Assembly: GCA_001786765.1 (NCBI GenBank) | Contig: MFTH01000013.1 | Span: 85,974 to 125,899, forward strand | Length of the DNA: 39,926 bases | Reading direction: 5' to 3' | DNA from: Candidatus Nomurabacteria bacterium RIFCSPHIGHO2_01_FULL_37_25 | Lineage (GTDB): Bacteria > Patescibacteriota > Minisyncoccia > Phycocordibacterales > UBA9973 | Part shown: piece by piece, positions 17,400 to 26,104 of the stretch | How the letters are laid out: each line of letters starts with the position of its first letter | Numbering within the stretch: the first letter of the stretch is position 1 | Translations under genes and position numbers: made by a program | The notes under the pieces: model-generated | Database searches by the model: none | What the model was told of the DNA's origin: nothing | Seen by the model: the letters and a program-made list of their open reading frames with translations, nothing else

Positions 17400-20273
17400 T
17401 TATTTTTCTAATCCTGCTAAGAGTCTATCATATCTGGCGTTGATTGCCTTTATTTCATCGATTGTTGTTTCGAGTCTTTTCAAGTAAGAATCTTCTCCTG
17501 ATAATAGTTCTTTGGAATAGTTTAATTTTTCTGTGTAATATTCCAATGGTGAAGTCCTTATGGCTTCCAAATCTTCATCAATTTTCTGTTCTTTCCAGAG
17601 TGGGAGTGGTCCTGATCTAAGCGTCTCTGTTTTATCTTTTATATCTAACACAATCATCTCGATACTATTTATTCGTTCTTTCCTTTTTCTTTCTAAAAAT
17701 CCTCTTTTCTCCCCCACTGTCTTAAGAGATTCCATTTCTCTTATTTCCATTTCAAAATCAAATTGATCGAGCTGTTGTGTTTGATATTCTTCTGCTTTTT
17801 TATAGAGTAAATCATTTCCTGTTTCAAAATCAAGGTCATCTGCTTCCAAACTACCGTCTGGGCGATAAAGTTCAAATTTTGATTTTGGATTTCCAAGTTC
17901 TATTACACCCATTGCATCTCTTGGGGTTTCTTTTATATTTTTGAGTCTCAAATAAAATCCGTTTGAAGAAAAATTAGTGGCATTATTTGTGTAGTCTTCT
18001 ATATACTTATACAAATTCCAAAATTTCAAATCTTTACCATCCTGTGGCATCGCATTATTAATACTTTTGAGTGTTTCTAAATTAAGTTTTTCTTTGTTCG
18101 TATCAAATAAAATTTCAAAATTTATCGGGTGTAATTTACCTATTAAGTAATATGTGAAAGGATTTTCTTTCCTGTGTTCCAATATAGCTATTTGCTCTTT
18201 CAAATTCTTACGCTTGAACGGTCTAATTTTAGAAGTTTTTTCTAGTTCTGATCTGAGTAAAGCTAATCTGGATTCAAGCTCGTCTAAATCAGGAATTGGT
18301 CTTATTGGATTTTGATTTTCTGATGGTGTTGCTATTTCTGGAGGTTTTTTTCCCTTAAGTTCTGCCAACTCTCTAAGCAAAGCTTCTCTTTTGACTCTAT
18401 TTTCTTCTCTTTCAACCCTATTTCTTTCAAGTTTTATCTGCGCAGTTGCTATCGTTTCGTTTAGTTTTGCTATTGCAACAGCTTTTGCGTCTGCTTCTGT
18501 CTTTATCGGCTCTGAAACGGCTGGTTCAGCCGTTTCTTCAGCTGCTGCCAAAGTCGCCAATGCTTCTGCATTACTTCTTTTCGCTTCTGCTATAATCCTT
18601 CTAAGTTGTTCTGCTCTTATTTCGTCGTCTGTTTTCTGACTTTCAAATAAAGCTAGTTGTTTCTTTTGATATTCTTCTGCTCTCTGTCTCATTAATCTTT
18701 GCCCCTCTTCATAACTTAGCGAATCTTCCCCAGTAAAATATTCCCAATTTGGATTCACCAATTTATATTTTGCTCTTGGGCTACTTGTAAATATTCCTTT
18801 TTTGCCATCTTCTCCCTTACCTCGTACTTCCTCCACATTTTGCAATTGTAAAGTAAATCCGTTAGATGATAGTTCTACCGTATTACTTTTCCCTGGTAAA
18901 ATAAGTTTAGAAGTAAAAAATTTTACTTCTCGACCAGATTCTCCACAAGTTCTATTAATATCCTCGAGCGTAGCTTCTGCTTTTCCTTTTGAGAATAAAC
19001 ACCAAAAGGCTGCATCACTCATATTTTCTATTACAAAATATTTAAAAGGATTTTGTACTTTATCTTTCTCCAAAGCTTCCTTTGATGCCTGTTCGGGTGT
19101 GGCAGAAGCTGTGATTGACGCTTCTCCTGAATCTATTTTAGCTCGAGCAATCCTCCTTTCAATCTCTGCTAACTCTTGTGTAGCATCAGCTATAATTCCT
19201 TCATTTTTTACTATTGTCTCTCCAAGCGTTGCTTTTGCGTCTGCTTCTGCGTTCGGTCCTGGAGCAACTTCTGCCATTGATGTTTTAGATTCAGGTTCAG
19301 TTGTTTCTTCTTCTAATGGTTGTCTTTCATCTCCTTCTTTGATTAGTAGTTGTACCACATTCCCTGCAGTCTCTTGAGATTTTTTGATACGCTCTCGTTC
19401 TTTTAGGATTGTGAGAGCCTCTCTTGAATTTTTTATAAACTCGTTTATTCGTTCAGTTTGTGTGGAATTTGGGTCTACTTCATATCTAGTTTTTTCTATA
19501 TATATAATTTTTTTCTCTAAATATTCAATACCTGTAGGCAACATAGAATTTTTGAGATATTCATCAACCGACTCCCCAGTTTTTTTTAGAAACTCATCTT
19601 CCATTTTTTCTAGTTCACTTATTGGTATTGTTTCTCTCCTTATTATTGGTACTTCTTCTCTTGGTACCATTAGAACCTCCGGCTTTGCTTCTATCGGTAC
19701 TTCTTTCCTTGGTACTGATTTTACTGTTTCTATAAATGTTGATTTCACCTCTAGTCTTGTTGGCCCTCTTCCTAATCGTACTTCTTCCTCTACTGGTATT
19801 TGTGCCGGAATATCCTTTGATTCTACTTTTTCTAGCTCTGGGGGAAGATCCAAAGTCTCCATAGCTTCTTTTTTTAAAGTTCCTTTACCAAGTCGTTTTC
19901 CAGCTTCATCATAAAACTCATATCTTCCATTAGAAGATAGCCTATAATAATTTTTAGCTTTAGTTGTTGCAACAATTATTCTTTCTCCATTTTCACCAAT
20001 CTCTTCTTTTAGTTCGGTTATATTTCTATCTATTTTTTGAAACCTTTCAAGCCTTTCTTGTTCTGCTTGCGCTTTTATTAACCTTGCCTGCCTTTCTTTC
20101 ATTTTTTCTAATATACTTTTTTGTTTTGGTTGCGGAGCGTCTACAGACGGAACTGTTTTTTCAGCTTCTGCCAAAGCCGCCAGAGCTTCTTTGTTGTCTT
20201 TGTTCGCTTCTTCTATAACAGCTCTAAGTTTCTCTGCTCTTATTTCATCCGCTGTTTTTGATTTTTGTTCCAT
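17400..20273 (-). CDS. Large mosaic coiled-coil protein with a duplicated ~150-aa domain
   Basis: Two copies of NPFxY...SSNGF.L.L.N...AEEYQ..QL..F; two copies of EIRAE(K/Q)LR; one copy of the repeat found in 13657..16710. Confidence 0.8.
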   Translation of the reverse strand: MEQKSKTADEIRAEKLRAVIEEANKDNKEALAALAEAEKTVPSVDAPQPKQKSILEKMKERQARLIKAQAEQERLERFQKIDRNITELKEEIGENGERIIVATTKAKNYYRLSSNGRYEFYDEAGKRLGKGTLKKEAMETLDLPPELEKVESKDIPAQIPVEEEVRLGRGPTRLEVKSTFIETVKSVPRKEVPIEAKPEVLMVPREEVPIIRRETIPISELEKMEDEFLKKTGESVDEYLKNSMLPTGIEYLEKKIIYIEKTRYEVDPNSTQTERINEFIKNSREALTILKERERIKKSQETAGNVVQLLIKEGDERQPLEEETTEPESKTSMAEVAPGPNAEADAKATLGETIVKNEGIIADATQELAEIERRIARAKIDSGEASITASATPEQASKEALEKDKVQNPFKYFVIENMSDAAFWCLFSKGKAEATLEDINRTCGESGREVKFFTSKLILPGKSNTVELSSNGFTLQLQNVEEVRGKGEDGKKGIFTSSPRAKYKLVNPNWEYFTGEDSLSYEEGQRLMRQRAEEYQKKQLALFESQKTDDEIRAEQLRRIIAEAKRSNAEALATLAAAEETAEPAVSEPIKTEADAKAVAIAKLNETIATAQIKLERNRVEREENRVKREALLRELAELKGKKPPEIATPSENQNPIRPIPDLDELESRLALLRSELEKTSKIRPFKRKNLKEQIAILEHRKENPFTYYLIGKLHPINFEILFDTNKEKLNLETLKSINNAMPQDGKDLKFWNLYKYIEDYTNNATNFSSNGFYLRLKNIKETPRDAMGVIELGNPKSKFELYRPDGSLEADDLDFETGNDLLYKKAEEYQTQQLDQFDFEMEIREMESLKTVGEKRGFLERKRKERINSIEMIVLDIKDKTETLRSGPLPLWKEQKIDEDLEAIRTSPLEYYTEKLNYSKELLSGEDSYLKRLETTIDEIKAINARYDRLLAGLEK

Positions 20274-20378
20274 AAAATAAAATTTATAAATTAATTTTTA
20301 CCTTTATATTATTTATTGAATGTAGTTCTTGCTAGTAGCATATCATATCTGGTATTAATTGCATTTATTTATTGCTCT

Positions 20379-22052
20379 TTATTTTGTGGGTTCTTTATGG
20401 GAAGCTGGGATTGACGCTTTCCCTAAATCTGTTCTAGTCTGAGCAATCCTCTTTTCAATCTCTTGTAATTCTTTTACAGCATCAGCTATAATTTTTTCAT
20501 TTTTTGCTATCCTTTCCCGAAGTTTTGCTATCTTTTCAGTTCGCTCTTCTGTTCCAGAATCAGCTCTCTCGTCTTTCTCGCCACCCTCCCCTTTCGTATC
20601 TCCTACGAGCTCTTTGGGTCTCTTGACAGATTCCAGTGATGCTTCTTGGGCAGCTTCTCTTTGAGCATACGTGCTATGTGTCGCTGTCAGGTCCTGTGAT
20701 ACTTCGGTCTCCGATCTCCTCGCCTTGAGAACTATTTTTGTGTATCTAGGACCTGGGGTACAACTTACCTCTTCAATAGTAATGGGTTCGCCGTCGACAG
20801 CCTGGGGGATGAGATCAATGCTGAATTCTACCAGATAACTTGCACCATCTTTAATTTCTACTGCTGGCCATAATGACTCGTCTTCTCCGAAGCCCCGTTC
20901 CACTTGCAGATAGAAAAAATTTGCATCGGTCTGCGAAGATTGGAGCACACTTTCAAGCTGAGCTGACAAGCCGAGCTTTCCAGCAATTTTTAGCACATCG
21001 TCTTTAGAGATGTTAATACGATCAAGATCGACACTCCGTACCAGTAATTTTCCTGATTCGTGCACTCCATTTAGGTGTCCATATGTTTCGTACCCTCGGG
21101 CGCTCTTTTTTTGGTTAGGGAACAATTCTACTAACGAATATTCATGTTGTTTCCGTGGCATCTCGCCAAATTCTAGTGGTTTTCTTTGCTCCGGTGGTTT
21201 TGCTATTTCTCTCACAAGGGCTATCGCCTCTTCTCCACTCATATTATAAAAACGGGGTTTTCTAGAATGATTTAGTAATTGTATAAGCTCCTTATATCTA
21301 GCCGTCTCTTCTTCCGGGAGACATCCCTTGCTAAACTTATTAAGTATCATTTGGAGACCATGAAGCACATTTGTCTTTTTTACTTTTTCGCTCACATGCC
21401 TTTCTTCGACAACCCCATCCACATCACGAAATCCGGTTGAATTCCAATCAAGCACCACCAAACGACCATTCTCCGGTATATAATAGAAATCATCAAGTTT
21501 TCTGTCGGTCGTTTGAAGATTCAAGGCAAAAACCACCTCAAGAATTTCCATGTACTGCCGCAGCACGTCCTTGGCTCTTTCTTGGTGACTCTGGAAAACT
21601 TTCTCCATCTCGCTACCCGACATGTGAGAGGATTCTTCCATAAACTCAAGCACGAGGGCGGGCTTTTCGTTTATTTCAATCAATCTGGCGGCAGGAAAAT
21701 GAGATGGAGTCCCGGGGAACATCTCCTCTTGTTTCGCCTGCAAAAGATGAATTACTTTCTCTTCATCAATGATGTGTGGCTCCCAACTCTCTTTCAGAGG
21801 AATCTTTACAGCAACAGGGAGCCGCATGCCATCACTCATAGTCAGATCTGCCTGTAATACCCTGCTCGTTGCTCCGAATCCGAGCTCATTATCACGCTCG
21901 TACTTGGCCTTTCTTATTTCGAGCGAAAATTTTACCCCCGGTTCCGCCCAAGATTTAGGTTGATCGGTTGTTTTAATAATAGGTTCTTTAAGTATTTTAT
22001 CGCCAGAAGCAATTACTGACGACTGATCTATTTTTGTAGGCCGTGGTTCCAT
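20379..22052 (-). CDS. Atypical Hanks-type protein kinase-like protein
   Basis: LGFGATSRV (Gly loop), VAVK, alphaC Glu (DEEKV), LVLEFM hinge, TTDRKLDD (catalytic-loop variant), VLDWN (DFG variant). Confidence 0.7.
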   Translation of the reverse strand: MEPRPTKIDQSSVIASGDKILKEPIIKTTDQPKSWAEPGVKFSLEIRKAKYERDNELGFGATSRVLQADLTMSDGMRLPVAVKIPLKESWEPHIIDEEKVIHLLQAKQEEMFPGTPSHFPAARLIEINEKPALVLEFMEESSHMSGSEMEKVFQSHQERAKDVLRQYMEILEVVFALNLQTTDRKLDDFYYIPENGRLVVLDWNSTGFRDVDGVVEERHVSEKVKKTNVLHGLQMILNKFSKGCLPEEETARYKELIQLLNHSRKPRFYNMSGEEAIALVREIAKPPEQRKPLEFGEMPRKQHEYSLVELFPNQKKSARGYETYGHLNGVHESGKLLVRSVDLDRINISKDDVLKIAGKLGLSAQLESVLQSSQTDANFFYLQVERGFGEDESLWPAVEIKDGASYLVEFSIDLIPQAVDGEPITIEEVSCTPGPRYTKIVLKARRSETEVSQDLTATHSTYAQREAAQEASLESVKRPKELVGDTKGEGGEKDERADSGTEERTEKIAKLRERIAKNEKIIADAVKELQEIEKRIAQTRTDLGKASIPASHKEPTK

Positions 22053-22114
22053 TAATATATTTACATTATATATTCTTTACCCAAAATAGTTATCCCCACT
22101 TTGTTAGTTTTGGA

Positions 22115-22143
22115 TTGACTTTCGGCTTATTTTGGGCTAGCAT
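22115..22143 (+). promoter_or_regulatory. Sigma70-type promoter for the LysM/M23 gene
   Basis: TTGACT-N17-TAGCAT. Confidence 0.5.
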
Positions 22144-22207
22144 ATGGATGTACCTTTTAGGTAGTTATAGCGGAAAATGATTGAAATTCAGAGCCGATGG
22201 TACTATC

Positions 22208-23338
22208 ATGAGAACTTTATCTAAAATATTCAGGTCTATTCGGGCCTTTTCCTTATTGTTTGGGGCTTTTTTGTTGTTATTTGCCCCTTTACAAGCGCAA
22301 GCTGGGCTTCTTTCTTCGATTTTAGGCGATGAAGCCTATGCGGACACAGAAATCACCGAAGGAACTCAATCCAACTATAACTCACAGACTATGGGGCTTC
22401 TTCAAGCAAACGTTTCTTCTGCCTCAATTTTTGAAGATAAAAATGACAAAAAAGATAATATTATTGATGAAAATGCCAAAGTAAGCATTGTTTCTGACAA
22501 TGCCCTTATGCCCACAAGTAGTCCGATGGGTTTTTCCGATGGTAAAGGTGGCGCAGAATTTTCGCCGGAAGAGACAAGTGTGTATGTAGTAAGAAAAGGC
22601 GATTCTGTCTCTCAAATAGCTGAAATGTTTGGAGTTTCAGTCAATACTATATTGTCGGTTAATGATATGAAAAAAGGTGAAAAGCTTGCAGAAGGCGACG
22701 TTCTTTTTATATTGCCTATTTCTGGTATTGAACATACTGTGGCTAAAGGTCAAACTTTAGCCAGTATTGCAAAGCTTTATAAAGTGGATATAAACGACAT
22801 TGCTTTTTATAATGGTATTTCTGCGGACGCTAAGCTTTCTATAAACGATGAACTCATTATTCCTGGTGGCGATATGGTTCATGAAGGAGGCGATAAACCT
22901 GCTTCAAACCTAAGCTCTGCAATTTCTAGAGACCAAAACTATTATGCTACGCACCCAATCCAGAATCTTGTCGGATATTTTATAAATCCAGTGCCTATAG
23001 GACGCAAAACTCAAGGTCTTCATGGTCCGGGTAATCGAGGGATAGACATTGGCGCTCCAAAAGGTACGCCAATCTACGCTTCTGCTCCCGGAAAAGTACT
23101 TATAGCGAAGACAGGCTGGAGCGGAGGTTATGGAACTATGGTGATCATTGAACATCCTAATAACACAAAAACTCTTTATGCGCATATGACAAAGCTCGGC
23201 ACTCATTCTGGCGCGCAAGTATCTCGAGGAGAAGTTATTGGCTATGTCGGTTCAACAGGCCGTTCTACTGGTCCACATTTACATTTTGAAGTTTTCAACG
23301 CTAAAAATCCAGGCTCTGACTGGTCTTGGGCGAATTAA
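22208..23338 (+). CDS. LysM x2 + M23 peptidase (cell-wall endopeptidase)
   Basis: Signal peptide (AQA); YVVRKGDSVSQIA and HTVAKGQTLASIA LysM domains; GIDIGAPKGTPI, YAHM and STGPHLHFEV. Start taken as ATG 22208 (alternative 22181). Confidence 0.9.
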   Translation: MRTLSKIFRSIRAFSLLFGAFLLLFAPLQAQAGLLSSILGDEAYADTEITEGTQSNYNSQTMGLLQANVSSASIFEDKNDKKDNIIDENAKVSIVSDNALMPTSSPMGFSDGKGGAEFSPEETSVYVVRKGDSVSQIAEMFGVSVNTILSVNDMKKGEKLAEGDVLFILPISGIEHTVAKGQTLASIAKLYKVDINDIAFYNGISADAKLSINDELIIPGGDMVHEGGDKPASNLSSAISRDQNYYATHPIQNLVGYFINPVPIGRKTQGLHGPGNRGIDIGAPKGTPIYASAPGKVLIAKTGWSGGYGTMVIIEHPNNTKTLYAHMTKLGTHSGAQVSRGEVIGYVGSTGRSTGPHLHFEVFNAKNPGSDWSWAN

Positions 23339-23367
23339 AGTAAGTTCTAAAACTGCAAAGAATTATG

Positions 23368-23438
23368 TGCGGGGTGGGGTAATCGAAACCCCGACCGCGG
23401 TTTGGAAAACCGCCGTTTTACCACTAAACTAACCCCGC
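23368..23438 (-). tRNA. tRNA-Gly(TCC), CCA not encoded
   Basis: GCGGGGTTAGTTTAGTGGTAAAACGGCGGTT-TTCCAAACCGCGGTCGGGGTTTCGATTACCCCACCCCGCA folds as a cloverleaf. Confidence 0.92.
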
Positions 23439-23516
23439 GTATTTAAATTTATACTCCAAAAAATAGACAAAAACAAGACTTGTTTTATTTTTCATAACCA
23501 TCTTACTATTTTATTT

Positions 23517-24764
23517 TTATTTATTTCTTTGTTCCAATAATCTCTTTACTGTCTTCGGCCATTCAAATAATGTTTTATCAGTCAAAAGAGCAATTGCTTC
23601 CTGAGTTGAATATTTACCAACAGTTACTAATTTAACATAAGAATCAAACGCATCTTCAATAATTATTTCATATTCACTGACAAGCACCTTCTGTGCTGTT
23701 TTTTGATAAAGCGGATCATTTTCAAATTTTTTTAGTTTCCGTATGGGTCCAAGATAATCATATGGTCCTTTTTTACTAAAAAAAAGGTTCTCCAAATTAT
23801 TTTCATTAAAGATTGACAAGTCTCTAGTCTTTGTATAAGCAATGATTTCATCCCGCACTCTCTCTAAAGCAACTATTCTATTTTCAATAAAAAAATTCTC
23901 AAGAATTGTTGTTTTAATTTCTATGTCTTTTTCTGCTATGTAACCTTTAAGTTCTATCGGAGATTTTATATACCCAAAAACTTCCCCAAAGAGTCTATTT
24001 TTTTGGTGTTCGTGTTCGTGTTTTTTGGTTATTTCGCCAGTTGGGTCATCAGAGTTTTTTCTGAGCTTTTTATCTGTGTTTATTACTGTATAATAAATAT
24101 CATTTTTGATTACAGATTGTGAGGCAAACCCAGCGTATTTAAATATAACTGGTTTATCTGCTCTTTCATACAACCTTCCTGCATTAAATCCTTCAGTATA
24201 AATATCTATAGTCATTGGTCCAACTAAAATATCAATTTTTTCTTCTTCATCAATTTTTACTCCTGTTAATTCACTTATGAGTTCATAGTTATCCGGAAAT
24301 TGTTGTCTTATTTCTAGAACCTTTTGGTGATTTTCAAAATATTTGTTTATAAGTTTTTCTATGACCTGTTTTTGTTTAGAAGTAAAACCGTATTTAGCGC
24401 TAAATTTTTCAGTTAATGCAAGAAGTTTCTCTTTTGAAACATCGTGATTAAATTCTATATTTCGCTCAATAAAAACACGAAGAGTAGCTAATGCTTCGCG
24501 TTGTCTCGCTAAATTTTCTTTGAAAATTGCTAAAGCTTCCCTTTTCTGTTCCTTAGGCAGACTTTTTATTTTCTGTAACTCTTCTTCGGACGAAAATATT
24601 CCATTAATTGGTGTATTATTTTGTAATTTTTCCTCAAAATCAAAATCTAAAAGCTTCTCAAATTCTTCTTGTGTAAGTTGTCCAAGAAGTTCTTTTTCTT
24701 TTAATGTTTTATATTTATCAAAACTATTTTCCGGGTTAATTTCTAGTTTTTGAAAATTCTCCAT
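23517..24764 (-). CDS. Hypothetical protein with HExxH motif (possible zincin-like metallopeptidase)
   Basis: KKHEHEHQKN with downstream RDEIIAY; lies between two tRNA genes. Confidence 0.6.
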   Translation of the reverse strand: MENFQKLEINPENSFDKYKTLKEKELLGQLTQEEFEKLLDFDFEEKLQNNTPINGIFSSEEELQKIKSLPKEQKREALAIFKENLARQREALATLRVFIERNIEFNHDVSKEKLLALTEKFSAKYGFTSKQKQVIEKLINKYFENHQKVLEIRQQFPDNYELISELTGVKIDEEEKIDILVGPMTIDIYTEGFNAGRLYERADKPVIFKYAGFASQSVIKNDIYYTVINTDKKLRKNSDDPTGEITKKHEHEHQKNRLFGEVFGYIKSPIELKGYIAEKDIEIKTTILENFFIENRIVALERVRDEIIAYTKTRDLSIFNENNLENLFFSKKGPYDYLGPIRKLKKFENDPLYQKTAQKVLVSEYEIIIEDAFDSYVKLVTVGKYSTQEAIALLTDKTLFEWPKTVKRLLEQRNK

Positions 24765-24812
24765 AAAATTTATAACATCAGCTTAATATTTATTTTTTAA
24801 AAATATCTGAAT

Positions 24813-24886
24813 TGGTCGGGCCGCTGGGAATTGAACCCAGTCTAAATGCTCCCAAAGCACTTGTACTACCGGTATACTACGGCCCG
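24813..24886 (-). tRNA. tRNA-Pro(TGG), CCA encoded
   Basis: CGGGCCGTAGTATACCGGTAGTACAAGTGCTT-TGG-GAGCATTTAGACTGGGTTCAATTCCCAGCGGCCCGACCA. Confidence 0.92.
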
Positions 24887-24929
24887 TCTTCGCGAGGCCA
24901 AAGCCTCGCTATGACGAGGCGGAGGCCCG
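24881..24929 (+). repeat. Family B element at the tRNA-Pro 5' end, flanked by a GGCCCG direct repeat
   Basis: GGCCCG-TCTTC-GCGAGGC-CAAA-GCCTCGC-TATGACGAGGCGGA-GGCCCG. Confidence 0.65.
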
Positions 24930-24953
24930 ATCCCCTAAAGTTAAATAACTATA

Positions 24954-25394
24954 TCATAAAATAATATCACTTACCACTTTTACTCTAGCGTTTTTGTCCT
25001 TTAGATTTAAAAATACAACTAACAGATCTACTTGCCATTCCTTTTCATCAAGATTTTTTGACAAAAGATAAGTTTGAATTGTACGCGCCATTCTTTTAAG
25101 TTTCCACGGATGCATATTGTCTTCGGGTTTATATTCATCTAATGTTCCCGTCTGCTCCCTATTTGAGAGGGCGGGCAGGTCACGATTAACACTACTTAAT
25201 GTTTCACGCGCAACAGATTTTACTTCAATAAAGTATAGTTTATTAGATTTTTCAGCAATAATATCTATCTCTCCCCATTTTTTTGTGTAATTTCTATCTA
25301 ATATTAAAAAATTATGTTTCATGAGAAACTTTACAGCCACATTTTCCCCTATCTCTCCTATTTTTTGTGTTTCTGAAGTAAAGACTTTAGGCAT
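24954..25394 (-). CDS. yraN: YraN/UPF0102 family endonuclease-like protein
   Basis: GEIGENVAVKFL...ILDRNY..KWGEIDII...FIEVK. Start set at MPKVFT (25394); the upstream extension is a family A element. Confidence 0.88.
   Translation of the reverse strand: MPKVFTSETQKIGEIGENVAVKFLMKHNFLILDRNYTKKWGEIDIIAEKSNKLYFIEVKSVARETLSSVNRDLPALSNREQTGTLDEYKPEDNMHPWKLKRMARTIQTYLLSKNLDEKEWQVDLLVVFLNLKDKNARVKVVSDIIL
25147..25180. repeat. Family D insertion in-frame in yraN
   Basis: CCCGTCTGCTCCCT-ATTTGAG-AGGGCGGGCAGG; encodes LPALSNREQTG. Confidence 0.6.
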
Positions 25395-25424
25395 ATTTGT
25401 CTTGTCTAAGCTTTGGTAATCGTG

Positions 25425-25557
25425 AATTACGAAACTCGTCGAAGGCATGTCTTTTTTAGGGGGTTTCGAGGCTGTCGAGCCGAGAACTTCAGGATTTTTC
25501 AAGCTTCGAAAAATCCGTACCCTAGAAAAAGACATGCCTAGAAAGAGTTTCGGAATT
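25425..25557 (-). repeat. Family A element upstream of yraN
   Basis: Minus strand GGGTACGGATTTTTCGAAGCTTGAAAAATCCTGAAGTTCTCGGCTCGACAGCCTCGAAACCCC inside the stem AGGCATGTCTTTTT/AAAAAGACATGCCT. Confidence 0.85.
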
Positions 25558-25559
25558 TA

Positions 25560-25810
25560 AAGTTGGTAAAAGCTTGTTACTATCAAAGTTTCACGAGTAA
25601 CACAATAATATATGTTTCACGTGAAATCTATATATAAATTTAATGTCTTTTATTAAAATATCTTTATTTTACAATATATTCTTGACAAAATAATTCTTTA
25701 GGACAATCTTGTAATATGTCCTTTATAAACATTATTAACATAGTTATCCACAGATTTTCTATAAATTAGCTTTGTTTTACTTAATGATAAAAAATTCTTT
25801 AGGTCACTAA
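25560..25810. other. Candidate replication origin region
   Basis: Very AT-rich intergenic DNA; perfect DnaA box TTATCCACA at 25744-25752; adjacent parS sites; genes to the left are mostly on the minus strand. Confidence 0.45.
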
Positions 25811-25816
25811 ACTTTT

Positions 25817-25890
25817 TGGTGCGGCCAAGGGGAATCGAACCCCTATCTCAATCTTGGCAAGATCGTATTTTACCACTAAATTATGGCCGC
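25817..25890 (-). tRNA. tRNA-Gly(GCC), CCA encoded
   Basis: GCGGCCATAATTTAGTGGTAAAATACGATCTT-GCC-AAGATTGAGATAGGGGTTCGATTCCCCTTGGCCGCACCA; upstream TTGCAT-N17-TATAAT on the minus strand. Confidence 0.93.
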
Positions 25891-26022
25891 ATTTTTAAAA
25901 CACTGTTTTTATTATAATATTTTATTTTAAATAATGCAATTATAAAATTAGCTTGTAAAATAAGCATTATTTACTAATTTTATAAAAAATAGTATAATAC
26001 AGTGATATTATAAAATAATTTT

Positions 26023-26094
26023 GCACCCGTAGTGAAATGGATATCATATCCGCCTTCGAAGCGGTCGTTGGGGGTTCGAATCCCTCCGGGTGCA
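26023..26094 (+). tRNA. tRNA-Arg(TCG), CCA not encoded
   Basis: GCACCCGTAGTGAAATGGATATCATATCCGCCT-TCG-AAGCGGTCGTTGGGGGTTCGAATCCCTCCGGGTGCA. Confidence 0.9.
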
Positions 26095-26104
26095 CTAAGT
26101 AATA

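Noticed and set aside
16007-19914. Long plus-strand ORFs (e.g. 16007..16720, 18802..19377, 19384..19914) and other short antisense ORFs
   Set aside because: They are Ser/Phe-rich mirror frames of Glu/Lys-rich minus-strand genes with no independent coding signal.
22090-22098. TTATCCCCA as an origin DnaA box
   Set aside because: It is a single mismatched box in a short promoter region; at most regulatory.
25395-25535. Long N-terminal extensions in the ORF track for YraN (also TMEM175, AhcY and 420..1247)
   Set aside because: The extensions are read-through of repeat elements, promoters or neighbouring genes; conserved domains begin at downstream ATGs.
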